This document shows, piece after piece, positions 29,819 to 38,557 of a stretch of DNA of 64,000 nucleotides; positions within the stretch are counted from its first letter, which is position 1, and each line of letters starts with the position of its first letter. The notes below the pieces were generated by a model. The model was not told the DNA's origin. It worked only from the letters and a program-made list of their open reading frames with translations, and ran no database searches. The stretch lies in IMG/VR virus record IMGVR_UViG_3300045988_098930. The stretch is one strand, 5' to 3'. The DNA comes from a virus. The position numbers were made by a program, and so were the translations under genes.

Positions 29819-31189
29819 ATGGCGATTAAATATAATGGCGAAAATGTAATGACGTATCTGCTTACTCTGTTGAAGGGCAAGTTTGATACTAAGGTTGATA
29901 AAGAGACTGGCAAGGGTTTGTCAGAGGCGAACTTTACTACTGATGAAAAGACCAAGCTGGCAAATATAGCGGCAGAAGCTAATAAATATGAACTGCCCAA
30001 AGCTACTGGCACTGAGCTGGGCGGCGTTATGGTCGGTTCTGGTCTGAAGTCTGATGCCAGTGGCAAGATTAGTGTAGATACCGTTGATAATCTGACTTCT
30101 GCTGACACCGATAAGGCTCTGTCGGCGGCTCAGGGCAAGGCTTTGAAGTCTGCCATTGATAAGATTACTGGCGATATGGGTGAACTTGGTGGTGGCGATA
30201 TGATGAAAGCCACCTATGACACCGATGATGATGGCGTTGTAGATGACGCTGCCAAGCTCGGTGGTCATACCCCCGCCTATTTTGCCGTAGCTGATACTGT
30301 TACTACGGAACTTGGCAAGAAGGTAGATAAGGTTGATGGTAAGCAGCTTTCGACTGAGGACTATACTACTGCCGAAAAGACTAAGCTGGGTAATATTGCG
30401 GCTGGCGCTGAAGTAAATCAGAATGCTTATGCCAAGGTCAAGGTGGGTTCTACCACGCTGACTGCCGGAGACAAAAGCGATACGTTGAATGTTGAGGCTG
30501 GCGCGAATATGTCCGTCACTGCTGATGATACCGGCAAGAAGGTCATCATAGCTGGTGACTATAAAGATGCTACTGCCGATGCTGCTGGCCTGATGTCCAG
30601 TGCAGATAAAGCGAAGCTGGACGGGTTAAGTAATTATGACCTCAGTGCGGCGACTGCCACTAAGTTGGGCGGTGTAAAGATTGGCAGCAATGTCGATGTC
30701 ACTACTGATGGCGCTATCTCCGTTAAGGACGCTTCGACTGCTCAGAAGGGCGTAGTGCAGCTTTCCAGCGCCACTGATTCTGACAGTGAAGTGGTAGCTG
30801 CTACCGCAAAAGCCGTTAAGTCCGCTTATGCTCTGGCTAACAGCAAGCAATCTCCTGCCACCACTCTTGCGGGTTATGGTATCGGTAATGCCTATACTAA
30901 GGATGAGGTCGATGGTCTTGTAGCCAGTTCTTTCCACTATAAAGGGACCAAGGCGAAGTATTCCGATTTGCCTGCTGCCGCCTCTAACAAGGTCGGTGAT
31001 GTTTGGAACATTACTACTGCCGATAAGGCCAATAATATCAAGGCTGGTGATAATGTGGCATGGACTGGCACTGAGTGGGACGTACTCGCCGGTGTTGTAG
31101 ATTTGTCTGCATACACTCCGACTAATGAATTTATTGAGTATACCAACCCTGAAGTACAGGCTATCTGGGACAGTGTTTTCACTGCATAA
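29819..31189 (+). CDS. tail fibre protein with repeated K-x-DK-x-x-GK-x-LS...T..EKTKL and LGGVK[VI]G units
   Basis: Track ORF. Two copies of each motif can be read in the translation. Confidence 0.65.
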   Translation: MAIKYNGENVMTYLLTLLKGKFDTKVDKETGKGLSEANFTTDEKTKLANIAAEANKYELPKATGTELGGVMVGSGLKSDASGKISVDTVDNLTSADTDKALSAAQGKALKSAIDKITGDMGELGGGDMMKATYDTDDDGVVDDAAKLGGHTPAYFAVADTVTTELGKKVDKVDGKQLSTEDYTTAEKTKLGNIAAGAEVNQNAYAKVKVGSTTLTAGDKSDTLNVEAGANMSVTADDTGKKVIIAGDYKDATADAAGLMSSADKAKLDGLSNYDLSAATATKLGGVKIGSNVDVTTDGAISVKDASTAQKGVVQLSSATDSDSEVVAATAKAVKSAYALANSKQSPATTLAGYGIGNAYTKDEVDGLVASSFHYKGTKAKYSDLPAAASNKVGDVWNITTADKANNIKAGDNVAWTGTEWDVLAGVVDLSAYTPTNEFIEYTNPEVQAIWDSVFTA

Positions 31190-31209
31190 AAATTGATTAA
31201 GGGGGCAAC

Positions 31210-31458
31210 ATGGTTAATTATTTTGGCAATAATGCCGTTACCAAGCTGCTTCAACTTTTAAAACCACAACTTGATGCTAAGGAGGTCACTGCCAATAAAG
31301 TGGCCTCTATTACTTCTGATAGCACTGATACACAGTATCCGTCTGCCAAGGCTGTTTACACTTTATTGGATGGCGCTGTTAGGTGCGAGGTAATTGATAC
31401 ACAGCTCATCTTTTATGCGGGTGCTACCGTGAGTGGCACTAATTTAATTGTAGGATAG
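31210..31458 (+). CDS. small fibre-like protein (82 aa)
   Basis: The N-terminus parallels that of 29819..31189 (NAVTKLLQLLKPQLDAK versus NVMTYLLTLLKGKFDTK). Contains the YPSAKAVY motif. Confidence 0.5.
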   Translation: MVNYFGNNAVTKLLQLLKPQLDAKEVTANKVASITSDSTDTQYPSAKAVYTLLDGAVRCEVIDTQLIFYAGATVSGTNLIVG

Positions 31459-31470
31459 TGGGGTGAGTTT

Positions 31471-31983
31471 ATGGCTGATATAAAAACAATTACTGTTAAT
31501 GGTATTACTTATAACGTCAAAGACGATACCTCGTTCTCTGCAAGTGGAGGTACGCTCACTGGCCTCCTCACTCTGGCTGGTGCGCCTACTGCCGACTTAC
31601 ACGCTGCTACTAAGAAATATGTGGATGATGGCGATAAAGACAAACTCAATAAGACTGGCGACACTATGACGGGCGCGTTGACGCTTTCTGGTGAACCCAG
31701 CGCCAATCTCCATGCAGCCACTAAGCAGTATGTAGACAATAAGCAAAAAAGTGTGACTGTTACATTGACTGTGGCAAATTGGTCGAGCAGTAATACGCAG
31801 ACTGTTTCTGTCAATGGGGTGACTACTTCTAACATGGTTTTTATTGCACCTGCTCCTGCGTCCTTTTTGGCATATTGCGATGCACAGGTACGCGCTACTG
31901 CACAGGCGGCGAATAGTTTGACCTTTACGTGTGAGAGTAAACCCGAAGCGGCATTAACAGTTAATATAGGTATCTTTGGTTAA
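31471..31983 (+). CDS. tail fibre protein with GGT(L/M)TG...HAATK.YVD repeats and a shared C-terminal domain
   Basis: Track ORF. The C-terminal ~70 aa are paralogous to the ends of 60061..60954 and 60965..61474. Confidence 0.6.
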   Translation: MADIKTITVNGITYNVKDDTSFSASGGTLTGLLTLAGAPTADLHAATKKYVDDGDKDKLNKTGDTMTGALTLSGEPSANLHAATKQYVDNKQKSVTVTLTVANWSSSNTQTVSVNGVTTSNMVFIAPAPASFLAYCDAQVRATAQAANSLTFTCESKPEAALTVNIGIFG

Positions 31984-32055
31984 GCCAAAATTGAAGGAAA
32001 GGAATGAGGCCAGATCGCTGGCAAGAAGAAAACAAAAAAGTCTGCATCGTCTAAG

Positions 32056-33207
32056 GTGAAGGTCTCATCTAATGATGTTAAACGGTGCGGCTTATGTCCT
32101 GCGGGTGAACAGCTTCACCCTATTGAGGACTTTTATTTAACTACTAACCCTATACACGCAGACGGGCGTATGCCGGTATGTAAAACCTGTATGGCAAAAG
32201 CCTTGCTGGGTGACGATTATAGCAAAATTCAGGTACAGCCGTTTGCGGACCTGTTGCAAAAGATTGATGCTCCATGGTTCCCTGAAGTCTTGAACAGTTC
32301 GATTGCACAGTATAACAAGGGGTGTCAAGGTAAGACTGTGGCGAATGAGAGCCGTAAGCAGATAATTAGTAACTACTTACGTAATATCAAGGTTCTCAAG
32401 CAGTACCGTAATGCCAAGGGCGAGACAATGACATGGCAGGAGTCGCAAGACTTTCTTGCCGCTAAGAATAATAGCGATGAGCCGTTGCAGCTCACGCGCC
32501 CTGTTGAGGCGGGATTTGTACCGGTTACAGACCCAGACAAACCGATGTTTGCGCAGGATAAAGACGAACCTGTTACTATTACTGACGACATTATTCATTT
32601 ATTCGGTGATGGTTATACTTACGACGAGTACCGACGTATGTTAGCGAAGTACAACCAACTCAAAGAGTCTTACGTTGATTTTACCAGTTTTCACACCGAA
32701 GCACTGGTTACTTATGTGCGTTTTAAGGTGCAAGAAGAAATTGCTGTTGCTAAAGGCAATATCGGTGAGGCGCAAAAGTGGTCTAAGATGGCTGCGGATG
32801 CCGCAGATAGGGCTAAGATTAACCCCAAACAGATGAGCAAGGCCGACCTTGAGGGTGGCATTAACAGTTTTTCGGAATTAGCTCAGGCTATCGAGCAGGC
32901 GGTTGATGTCATACCCATTATGCCGCAGTTTCGGTATAAACCGAATGACGCTACCGATTTTTTGATTTGGTGTTTTGTAAACTATCTGCGTCGGCTTGAA
33001 GACAAGCCGGAGTGCTCTTATGAGGATGTATACCGTTTTTACGATGAACGTAAAAGAGCATATATCGAACAATACGGTGATCCAACAGGTATTTTTGCTG
33101 ATGACCCTACTGAGGTCAATCGTCCGCAAATAGAGCGGTTTATTATTGTGCCAAAAGATTCAATGGCAGATAACGAGTCGAGTGAGGTGGTGCTGGGTGG
33201 CGATTGA
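32056..33207 (+). CDS. putative terminase small subunit (position-based) with N-terminal zinc ribbon
   Basis: Lies immediately upstream of, and overlapping, terL. Contains CGLCP...CKTC. The GTG start at 32056 has no SD; see the finding on 32004..32058. Confidence 0.45.
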   Translation: MKVSSNDVKRCGLCPAGEQLHPIEDFYLTTNPIHADGRMPVCKTCMAKALLGDDYSKIQVQPFADLLQKIDAPWFPEVLNSSIAQYNKGCQGKTVANESRKQIISNYLRNIKVLKQYRNAKGETMTWQESQDFLAAKNNSDEPLQLTRPVEAGFVPVTDPDKPMFAQDKDEPVTITDDIIHLFGDGYTYDEYRRMLAKYNQLKESYVDFTSFHTEALVTYVRFKVQEEIAVAKGNIGEAQKWSKMAADAADRAKINPKQMSKADLEGGINSFSELAQAIEQAVDVIPIMPQFRYKPNDATDFLIWCFVNYLRRLEDKPECSYEDVYRFYDERKRAYIEQYGDPTGIFADDPTEVNRPQIERFIIVPKDSMADNESSEVVLGGD

Positions 33208-34858
33208 TTATTCGCAAATTCAGTCCAAATTCGGTGACTCTTTAGAGAACTATGTGAATTTTGCCAGTTATTGTCGTTGGTATCCTGATAAGTTTCTTGA
33301 CTTATGTAAAGGTCCTAATAACGGCTTTAAACTCGATATGGATGAACGTGTGCTAATGCGTTCATTGGCAAGGTTTTTTAGCACATACGGCTGTTTGCCG
33401 AGAGGCGCAGCTAAGAGTTTTAGCGCACAGGCTGTGCAATATGTCCTCGCTATTTGGTATCCCGGCATTACTCTCGCTGTTACTGCACAGACGAAAGAAA
33501 ATGCCTGCAAAATTATGAAGGACAAATATTCCGAACTAATACGCGCTTATCCTTTATTGTCTAATGAGATTGCTAAAACAACTTTTACACGTAATGAAGC
33601 AATTATTGTCTTTAAGAATGATTCTCGTATAGATGCTTTAGCCAATTCCCAAACATCTAAGGGGCAACGACGTAAGCGTATCAATGTTGAAGAAGCGGTG
33701 TTAGTAGATAATTTCACTTTTCAAGACGCTATTGAACCCATCGTTGAGGCTCCTCGTTATACGATGGGTAAATTGGGTATTGTTGACCCATGTGAACTGA
33801 ACCAGCAAATTAACTTCCTTTCTACTCCCGGTTGGCGTTCGTCAGATGAGTGGCGGCACTCTGTTACTATGTGCCGTGACATGATTGATCTAAAGGGGTC
33901 GATGGTTATTGGTGCGGACTGGATGTTGCCCTGTTGGTTTGGTCGAGGCTCGTCTAAAACGCAAATACTCGAAAAGCGACGCAATATGTCACCAACGGCT
34001 TTTGCACAAAACTATGGCGGCACATGGACGGGTAGCTCGGACAACGCCCTTATTGACATCAATCATTTTATGGCGTGCCGCAAACTGGATAAGGCTATTA
34101 TGCAAGCCGAAAGTAACACCGATGAATACTATATGGGTGTTGACGTGGCGCGTTCACAAAAGACTAACAACAACCAATCTTCTATTGTGGTGGCTAAGGT
34201 TGACCGAGACCACGGCACTAACCGTGTCAAACACGTTGACATTGTTAATGTAATGAGCGTGCCGAACATATTAAATTTTTCCGCGCAAGCGGCAGTTATT
34301 AAGCGCACAGCGGCGAAATATCACCCCAAGATGGTGATTTGCGATGGTAACGGTCTGGGTTCTGGTTTGATAGATAAATTGCTGGAAAATAATGTAGACC
34401 CCATTACGCAAGAGACATACGAGGCGTGGGATACCATTAACACCACTAACCAATCAGAAGATCGCAATGCTCCCAAGTGTTTATACGATATTAAAGCCCA
34501 AGGTGTGCAATCTCGTATTATTACAGACTTTATCAATATGGTAGATAGTGGAACATTGCGGTTGCTATGTAAGCGTGAGGAAGCCGAACTCTATAATGAG
34601 TGGCAAACTAACAACGACTTTGACATTACACCGTATGTGCAAACTGACCTATTGTTTGATGAGGTTGCTAATCTCAAGCTCAAATATCAGGCAAGTGGCG
34701 CACTATCAGTCGAAAAGGTGGTGCGGCAGCTTGATAAGGATAGATTCTCTGCATTAGTCTATGTTCTCTATTATATAAGTGAATTTGCATCGGCGCTCAC
34801 CGTGAAGAAGTCAATGCCTATCGACTTCTTTGTTTTTCGTGCGCCTAAAATTAAATAA
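33197..34858 (+). CDS. terL: terminase large subunit
   Basis: Track ORF 33146..34858 trimmed to the GTG at 33197, 6 nt after GAGGTGG. Walker A-like LPRGAAKSF, Walker B-like RINVEEAVLVD and nuclease-domain GVDVARSQ...IVVAKV. Confidence 0.75.
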   Translation: MAIDYSQIQSKFGDSLENYVNFASYCRWYPDKFLDLCKGPNNGFKLDMDERVLMRSLARFFSTYGCLPRGAAKSFSAQAVQYVLAIWYPGITLAVTAQTKENACKIMKDKYSELIRAYPLLSNEIAKTTFTRNEAIIVFKNDSRIDALANSQTSKGQRRKRINVEEAVLVDNFTFQDAIEPIVEAPRYTMGKLGIVDPCELNQQINFLSTPGWRSSDEWRHSVTMCRDMIDLKGSMVIGADWMLPCWFGRGSSKTQILEKRRNMSPTAFAQNYGGTWTGSSDNALIDINHFMACRKLDKAIMQAESNTDEYYMGVDVARSQKTNNNQSSIVVAKVDRDHGTNRVKHVDIVNVMSVPNILNFSAQAAVIKRTAAKYHPKMVICDGNGLGSGLIDKLLENNVDPITQETYEAWDTINTTNQSEDRNAPKCLYDIKAQGVQSRIITDFINMVDSGTLRLLCKREEAELYNEWQTNNDFDITPYVQTDLLFDEVANLKLKYQASGALSVEKVVRQLDKDRFSALVYVLYYISEFASALTVKKSMPIDFFVFRAPKIK

Positions 34859-34870
34859 GGAGGTGTTGAG

Positions 34871-36382
34871 GTGGCCAATAAAGAGAAGGCGGCAACGCTT
34901 GAACACGTAGAGGCTGCTACGCCTCCCATGTCTCTTGCTGCTGAAGCGAGTAAAACCTTCGATGTAGCAGGGCTAAGAACCGAGCGACAGCAAGCGTGGT
35001 TTGCTCAAGTTGCCAAGATTATATATAAAGACCTCAATAACAGTACACGTTCTACTGTTTTCTCTAAGTACACCAAAGACCAAATAGCATCCTACCTACA
35101 AAACCCTGAAGCCAATGAGGAGCAACTGCGTAATGCGGTTGTCATGTTGTATAACCTCAGTTCGCATTTTGTACGCCTTATTCGGTATTTCAGCGAATTG
35201 GTGGATTGTGCTTATATTATTAGTCAAACAGCTTTCGATGAGTCTGACGATGAGCAGGAGACTTTAGAGAAGTACCAGAAGACTGCTGTGTTTCTGGCTG
35301 GGTCCGACCTAAAGACGCAATGCCAAAAAATCTTAACCGTGTGCTTCCGTGAGGACGCTTGTTATTGTACGACATGGATTACTAAAACGGGAATGTCGTT
35401 CCAGATTCTTAATCCACAGTATTGCAAAATAGTGTCACAAAGTCAGAACTGCTTAAATATCGCATTTAATTTTTCGTACTTTGATCAATACAATGATGAG
35501 TTGGAGTTCTACCCTGCTGAGTTCCAGACCAAGTATCAACAATATCAAAAAGACACTACCCAGCGTTGGATAGAACTGGATGCTCCTTATTCGTTCGCTA
35601 TTAAATATCATCAGGATTTGTTATATTGCTTGCCTCCGTTGGGCGGTATTTTGCGTGAGATATATTCACTGGAAGATTATCGCGATTTGAAACTGACGGC
35701 TCAGGAATTGCAGAACTATAAGCTATTGGTGATGGAACTTGGCTTGAATAGTCAGGGCGAATGGAATCTGGACTTTGAGAAGGCTAAAGACTTTTTCTAC
35801 AATTTGGAAGCTGTGTTACCGCCGCAAATAGGCGCAACATTGAGTCCTATGAAGATTACCCCTATCGACTTTGAGCGTAGCGGTACTGCCGAGAGCGATA
35901 AGGTAGCAGAGTGCCAAGACTCTATTTGGGCATCGGCTGGCGTTAGCAGTCTTATCTTTTCCGGGTCGTCCACATCTTCTCGTGCGCTGGAAATCAGCGG
36001 TATGGCAGACGAGTCGATGACATGGAGTTTGGTGCAACAGATTGGCGTAGCTATTAACCGCATTTTACAAAAACAAGCGTTTGCTAAGAGTTTTCGTATA
36101 GTGTTTTTGCCTTGTGGTCGTTACACCCGTGAAGCATATCAAAAGTCGTTGAGTAGCGGTATTCAGTATGGCTTACCTGTTACGCCCTTGCTGGCAACGA
36201 TGGGATTGGAGCCGTTATATGCTCTTGGGTTGAACCATATCGAAGCCAAGGTGCTTGACCTATCCAATAGGTTTGTGCCGCTTCAGAGCGGTAACACCAT
36301 TTCAAAGTCTGAGGGAGGCAGGCCGCAAGCTGAGGGCTGCGACTTGACTGACGAGGGCGCACGCAGTCGTGAGAAGAAGTAG
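34871..36382 (+). CDS. portal protein (position and size based)
   Basis: A 503-aa ORF directly after terL. GTG start after AAGGAGGTG. Confidence 0.6.
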   Translation: MANKEKAATLEHVEAATPPMSLAAEASKTFDVAGLRTERQQAWFAQVAKIIYKDLNNSTRSTVFSKYTKDQIASYLQNPEANEEQLRNAVVMLYNLSSHFVRLIRYFSELVDCAYIISQTAFDESDDEQETLEKYQKTAVFLAGSDLKTQCQKILTVCFREDACYCTTWITKTGMSFQILNPQYCKIVSQSQNCLNIAFNFSYFDQYNDELEFYPAEFQTKYQQYQKDTTQRWIELDAPYSFAIKYHQDLLYCLPPLGGILREIYSLEDYRDLKLTAQELQNYKLLVMELGLNSQGEWNLDFEKAKDFFYNLEAVLPPQIGATLSPMKITPIDFERSGTAESDKVAECQDSIWASAGVSSLIFSGSSTSSRALEISGMADESMTWSLVQQIGVAINRILQKQAFAKSFRIVFLPCGRYTREAYQKSLSSGIQYGLPVTPLLATMGLEPLYALGLNHIEAKVLDLSNRFVPLQSGNTISKSEGGRPQAEGCDLTDEGARSREKK

Positions 36383-36390
36383 GTGTAGTA

Positions 36391-36573
36391 ATGGACAAGT
36401 TTATATTAGTGTTTAATGAAAACGCAAAAGAGCGACTGTTAAAAGACGGTTATAAGTTGCTTTCCTCTGTCCCCTCTCCTATGGGTATGGCTTATTACTT
36501 TGAGAATAAGCCCGAAGTAACTAAGGTGTTCGCAGGCCAACAGGTCGTGTTCACAAATATACTCCCCTTTTAA
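36391..36573 (+). CDS. hypothetical protein (60 aa)
   Basis: Track ORF between the portal and protease genes. Confidence 0.45.
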   Translation: MDKFILVFNENAKERLLKDGYKLLSSVPSPMGMAYYFENKPEVTKVFAGQQVVFTNILPF

Positions 36574-36606
36574 GGGGCATTAAGCCCATGAAAGGAGGTG
36601 AGATGG

Positions 36607-38013
36607 ATGGATAACAAGCTATTTACTTGCAGGGCGACTTATAGTGTTGACGATTCTTATGTGTCTGACAAGTTTATAAAGCTCCGCGTGAAGATTTGCC
36701 ATACTGGTCAGAATCTTAATGGCAGTGTGATTGATGTGGATACGCTCAAAGCGGCGTTGCCTACGCTTGCCAACTCTCCCATCTTAGCTCATGTGGTTAA
36801 GCAGGAAGATGGCACTTATGACTTCGCCGGTCACGATATGAAAATAATCCCCGACCCTATGAATGAGGGTGAATATCGTATCGAATATCTGGAAGCGCCG
36901 GTAGGTGTATTTCCCGCTGACAATCTGGAATCGGTTATTGTCGAGGAAGGAGACCGCCATTATTTGTATGCTAACGCTTATGTGTGGCGTGGATACAGCA
37001 ATCTGGCCGGGGACATTATTGCGCAGCGTGAAACAGCAGATGTGTCTATGGAAATTGCCATAGACGCTTATGAGTATAGTGAACAAGATAATTTGTTCTA
37101 TATAACAGCTTTCCAGTTTGCAGGAGTGACTTTGCTGGGTGCAAATAAAACTCCCGCCATGGAAGGTGCAGAAGCTACTACAAAGTTCTCCGTTGAGGAG
37201 AATGATGAAAAACTGGCGAAATTGCTCTTTGCGTTAAGTAAGGAGCTTTGTAATAACCCCCGAAAGGAAGGTGACACTGAGTTGCCCAAGACTAAGAATA
37301 CTGTTCCTGTTAAGGAAATAGAAAAGCAGGAAATACCGGCAGAGGAAATGGAGACTATGAAAACTCAGACTGAGGATGTGGGTGAGGTAACTCCCGCTGA
37401 AGAAATGGCTGAGATCGCTACGTTCTCTGCGTCTTATGAACAGAGGCGTGAGAGTTTACGACAAATTATGCCTTGCCACTGCGATGAGACCTCCGAAATG
37501 TATTGCTATCTGCTTGACTTCGATGACCAGTATGCGTATGTCGAAAAGCATTTCTGGACGATAGACAAGCATGAGCGCACTAACGGACGTTTCGCCTATA
37601 AGTTTGATAAGGCCACGCAGTCTGCTGAACTGACTTCCGATTTTGAGCGGATGATAGTTAAGTGGCTGACTGTGGAGGAGGCCGCCAAGTTAGAGGAGTC
37701 TCGTAATGTATTCACCGAGGTTGAGGAGCTGCGTGCTTATAAGCGTGGCATAGAGACCGAGCAGGTGTTTGCCGAGTTCCCCGATCTGGTTGAGAACGAG
37801 CAGTTTATGGCATTAAAACAGGACAATACCAAGTTCTCCATAGAGGAACTGAAGCGTGAGTGTTATGTCATACGTGGCATGGCTCATGTGCCTGCGGCAC
37901 AGGACGATGGGGAAACTGCTCCCAAAATTTCTGTCAAACATATCGCAGACGAGCCGAAGAATACTCCTTATAATGGCGTCTTCGAGGCTTATGGCATTAC
38001 TAAGAAAAACTAA
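36607..38013 (+). CDS. prohead protease (HK97-like N-domain) fused to an acidic scaffold-like region
   Basis: Track ORF 36598..38013 trimmed to the ATG at 36607, 8 nt after AAAGGAGG. SPILAHVVKQEDGTYDFAGHD and ADVSMEIAIDAY resemble the His and Ser blocks of HK97-type proteases. The middle is E-rich. Confidence 0.55.
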   Translation: MDNKLFTCRATYSVDDSYVSDKFIKLRVKICHTGQNLNGSVIDVDTLKAALPTLANSPILAHVVKQEDGTYDFAGHDMKIIPDPMNEGEYRIEYLEAPVGVFPADNLESVIVEEGDRHYLYANAYVWRGYSNLAGDIIAQRETADVSMEIAIDAYEYSEQDNLFYITAFQFAGVTLLGANKTPAMEGAEATTKFSVEENDEKLAKLLFALSKELCNNPRKEGDTELPKTKNTVPVKEIEKQEIPAEEMETMKTQTEDVGEVTPAEEMAEIATFSASYEQRRESLRQIMPCHCDETSEMYCYLLDFDDQYAYVEKHFWTIDKHERTNGRFAYKFDKATQSAELTSDFERMIVKWLTVEEAAKLEESRNVFTEVEELRAYKRGIETEQVFAEFPDLVENEQFMALKQDNTKFSIEELKRECYVIRGMAHVPAAQDDGETAPKISVKHIADEPKNTPYNGVFEAYGITKKN

Positions 38014-38030
38014 ATCAGGAGGAAAACATA

Positions 38031-38534
38031 ATGCACGGCATTTGCATAACTGAAAAGCTGTCTGGCACTTGTAATGGTGCTGATCTGGTGTCTGTTCGCT
38101 ATATGGTGGGCAGCACCCCCACTGCCATAGATAACGGTAGTGTAGTAGAGGTGGGCGCATTGGAGGCCAACTCTCGTGAAGTCCGCAAGGCTACTGCCCC
38201 CAAGAAGGATTCTGCCAAGGCTGCTATCGCACTGATAAAATCCCCCGAAGTTATTTATGATGAACATCTTCAGAACGATCTTGGCAACTTTGAGAACGAG
38301 GCTAATGCGGTCTCTCGTGGTTATCTGCTTGAGAAGCCCCATCAGATTTTTGCTGTGACTGGCGAGGTTCTGGATGGCAGTACCGCTCGTATAGTGGGCG
38401 CGGTTGTTGAACTTCAGAACAGCACTAAACTGCTTGCTGCGGCTACCAATACTCAGGGTTCCACTAAGATTGGCGAGATTATAGAGGTGTTCACCAAGAA
38501 GGGTAAGACCTATTACGCCATCGAAACTTGCTAA
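38031..38534 (+). CDS. head-module protein (possible decoration protein)
   Basis: Track ORF between the protease/scaffold gene and the major capsid gene. Confidence 0.5.
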   Translation: MHGICITEKLSGTCNGADLVSVRYMVGSTPTAIDNGSVVEVGALEANSREVRKATAPKKDSAKAAIALIKSPEVIYDEHLQNDLGNFENEANAVSRGYLLEKPHQIFAVTGEVLDGSTARIVGAVVELQNSTKLLAAATNTQGSTKIGEIIEVFTKKGKTYYAIETC

Positions 38535-38557
38535 TCAAACGATAGGAGGATAACATA

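Noticed and set aside
31836-31983. A possible diversity-generating retroelement template/variable repeat pair, considered because fibre C-termini recur (31471.., 60061.., 60965..).
   Set aside because: No reverse transcriptase gene is in the window. The DNA copies differ at many positions, not just at adenines, and mostly synonymously. This fits old paralogs, not DGR mutagenesis.
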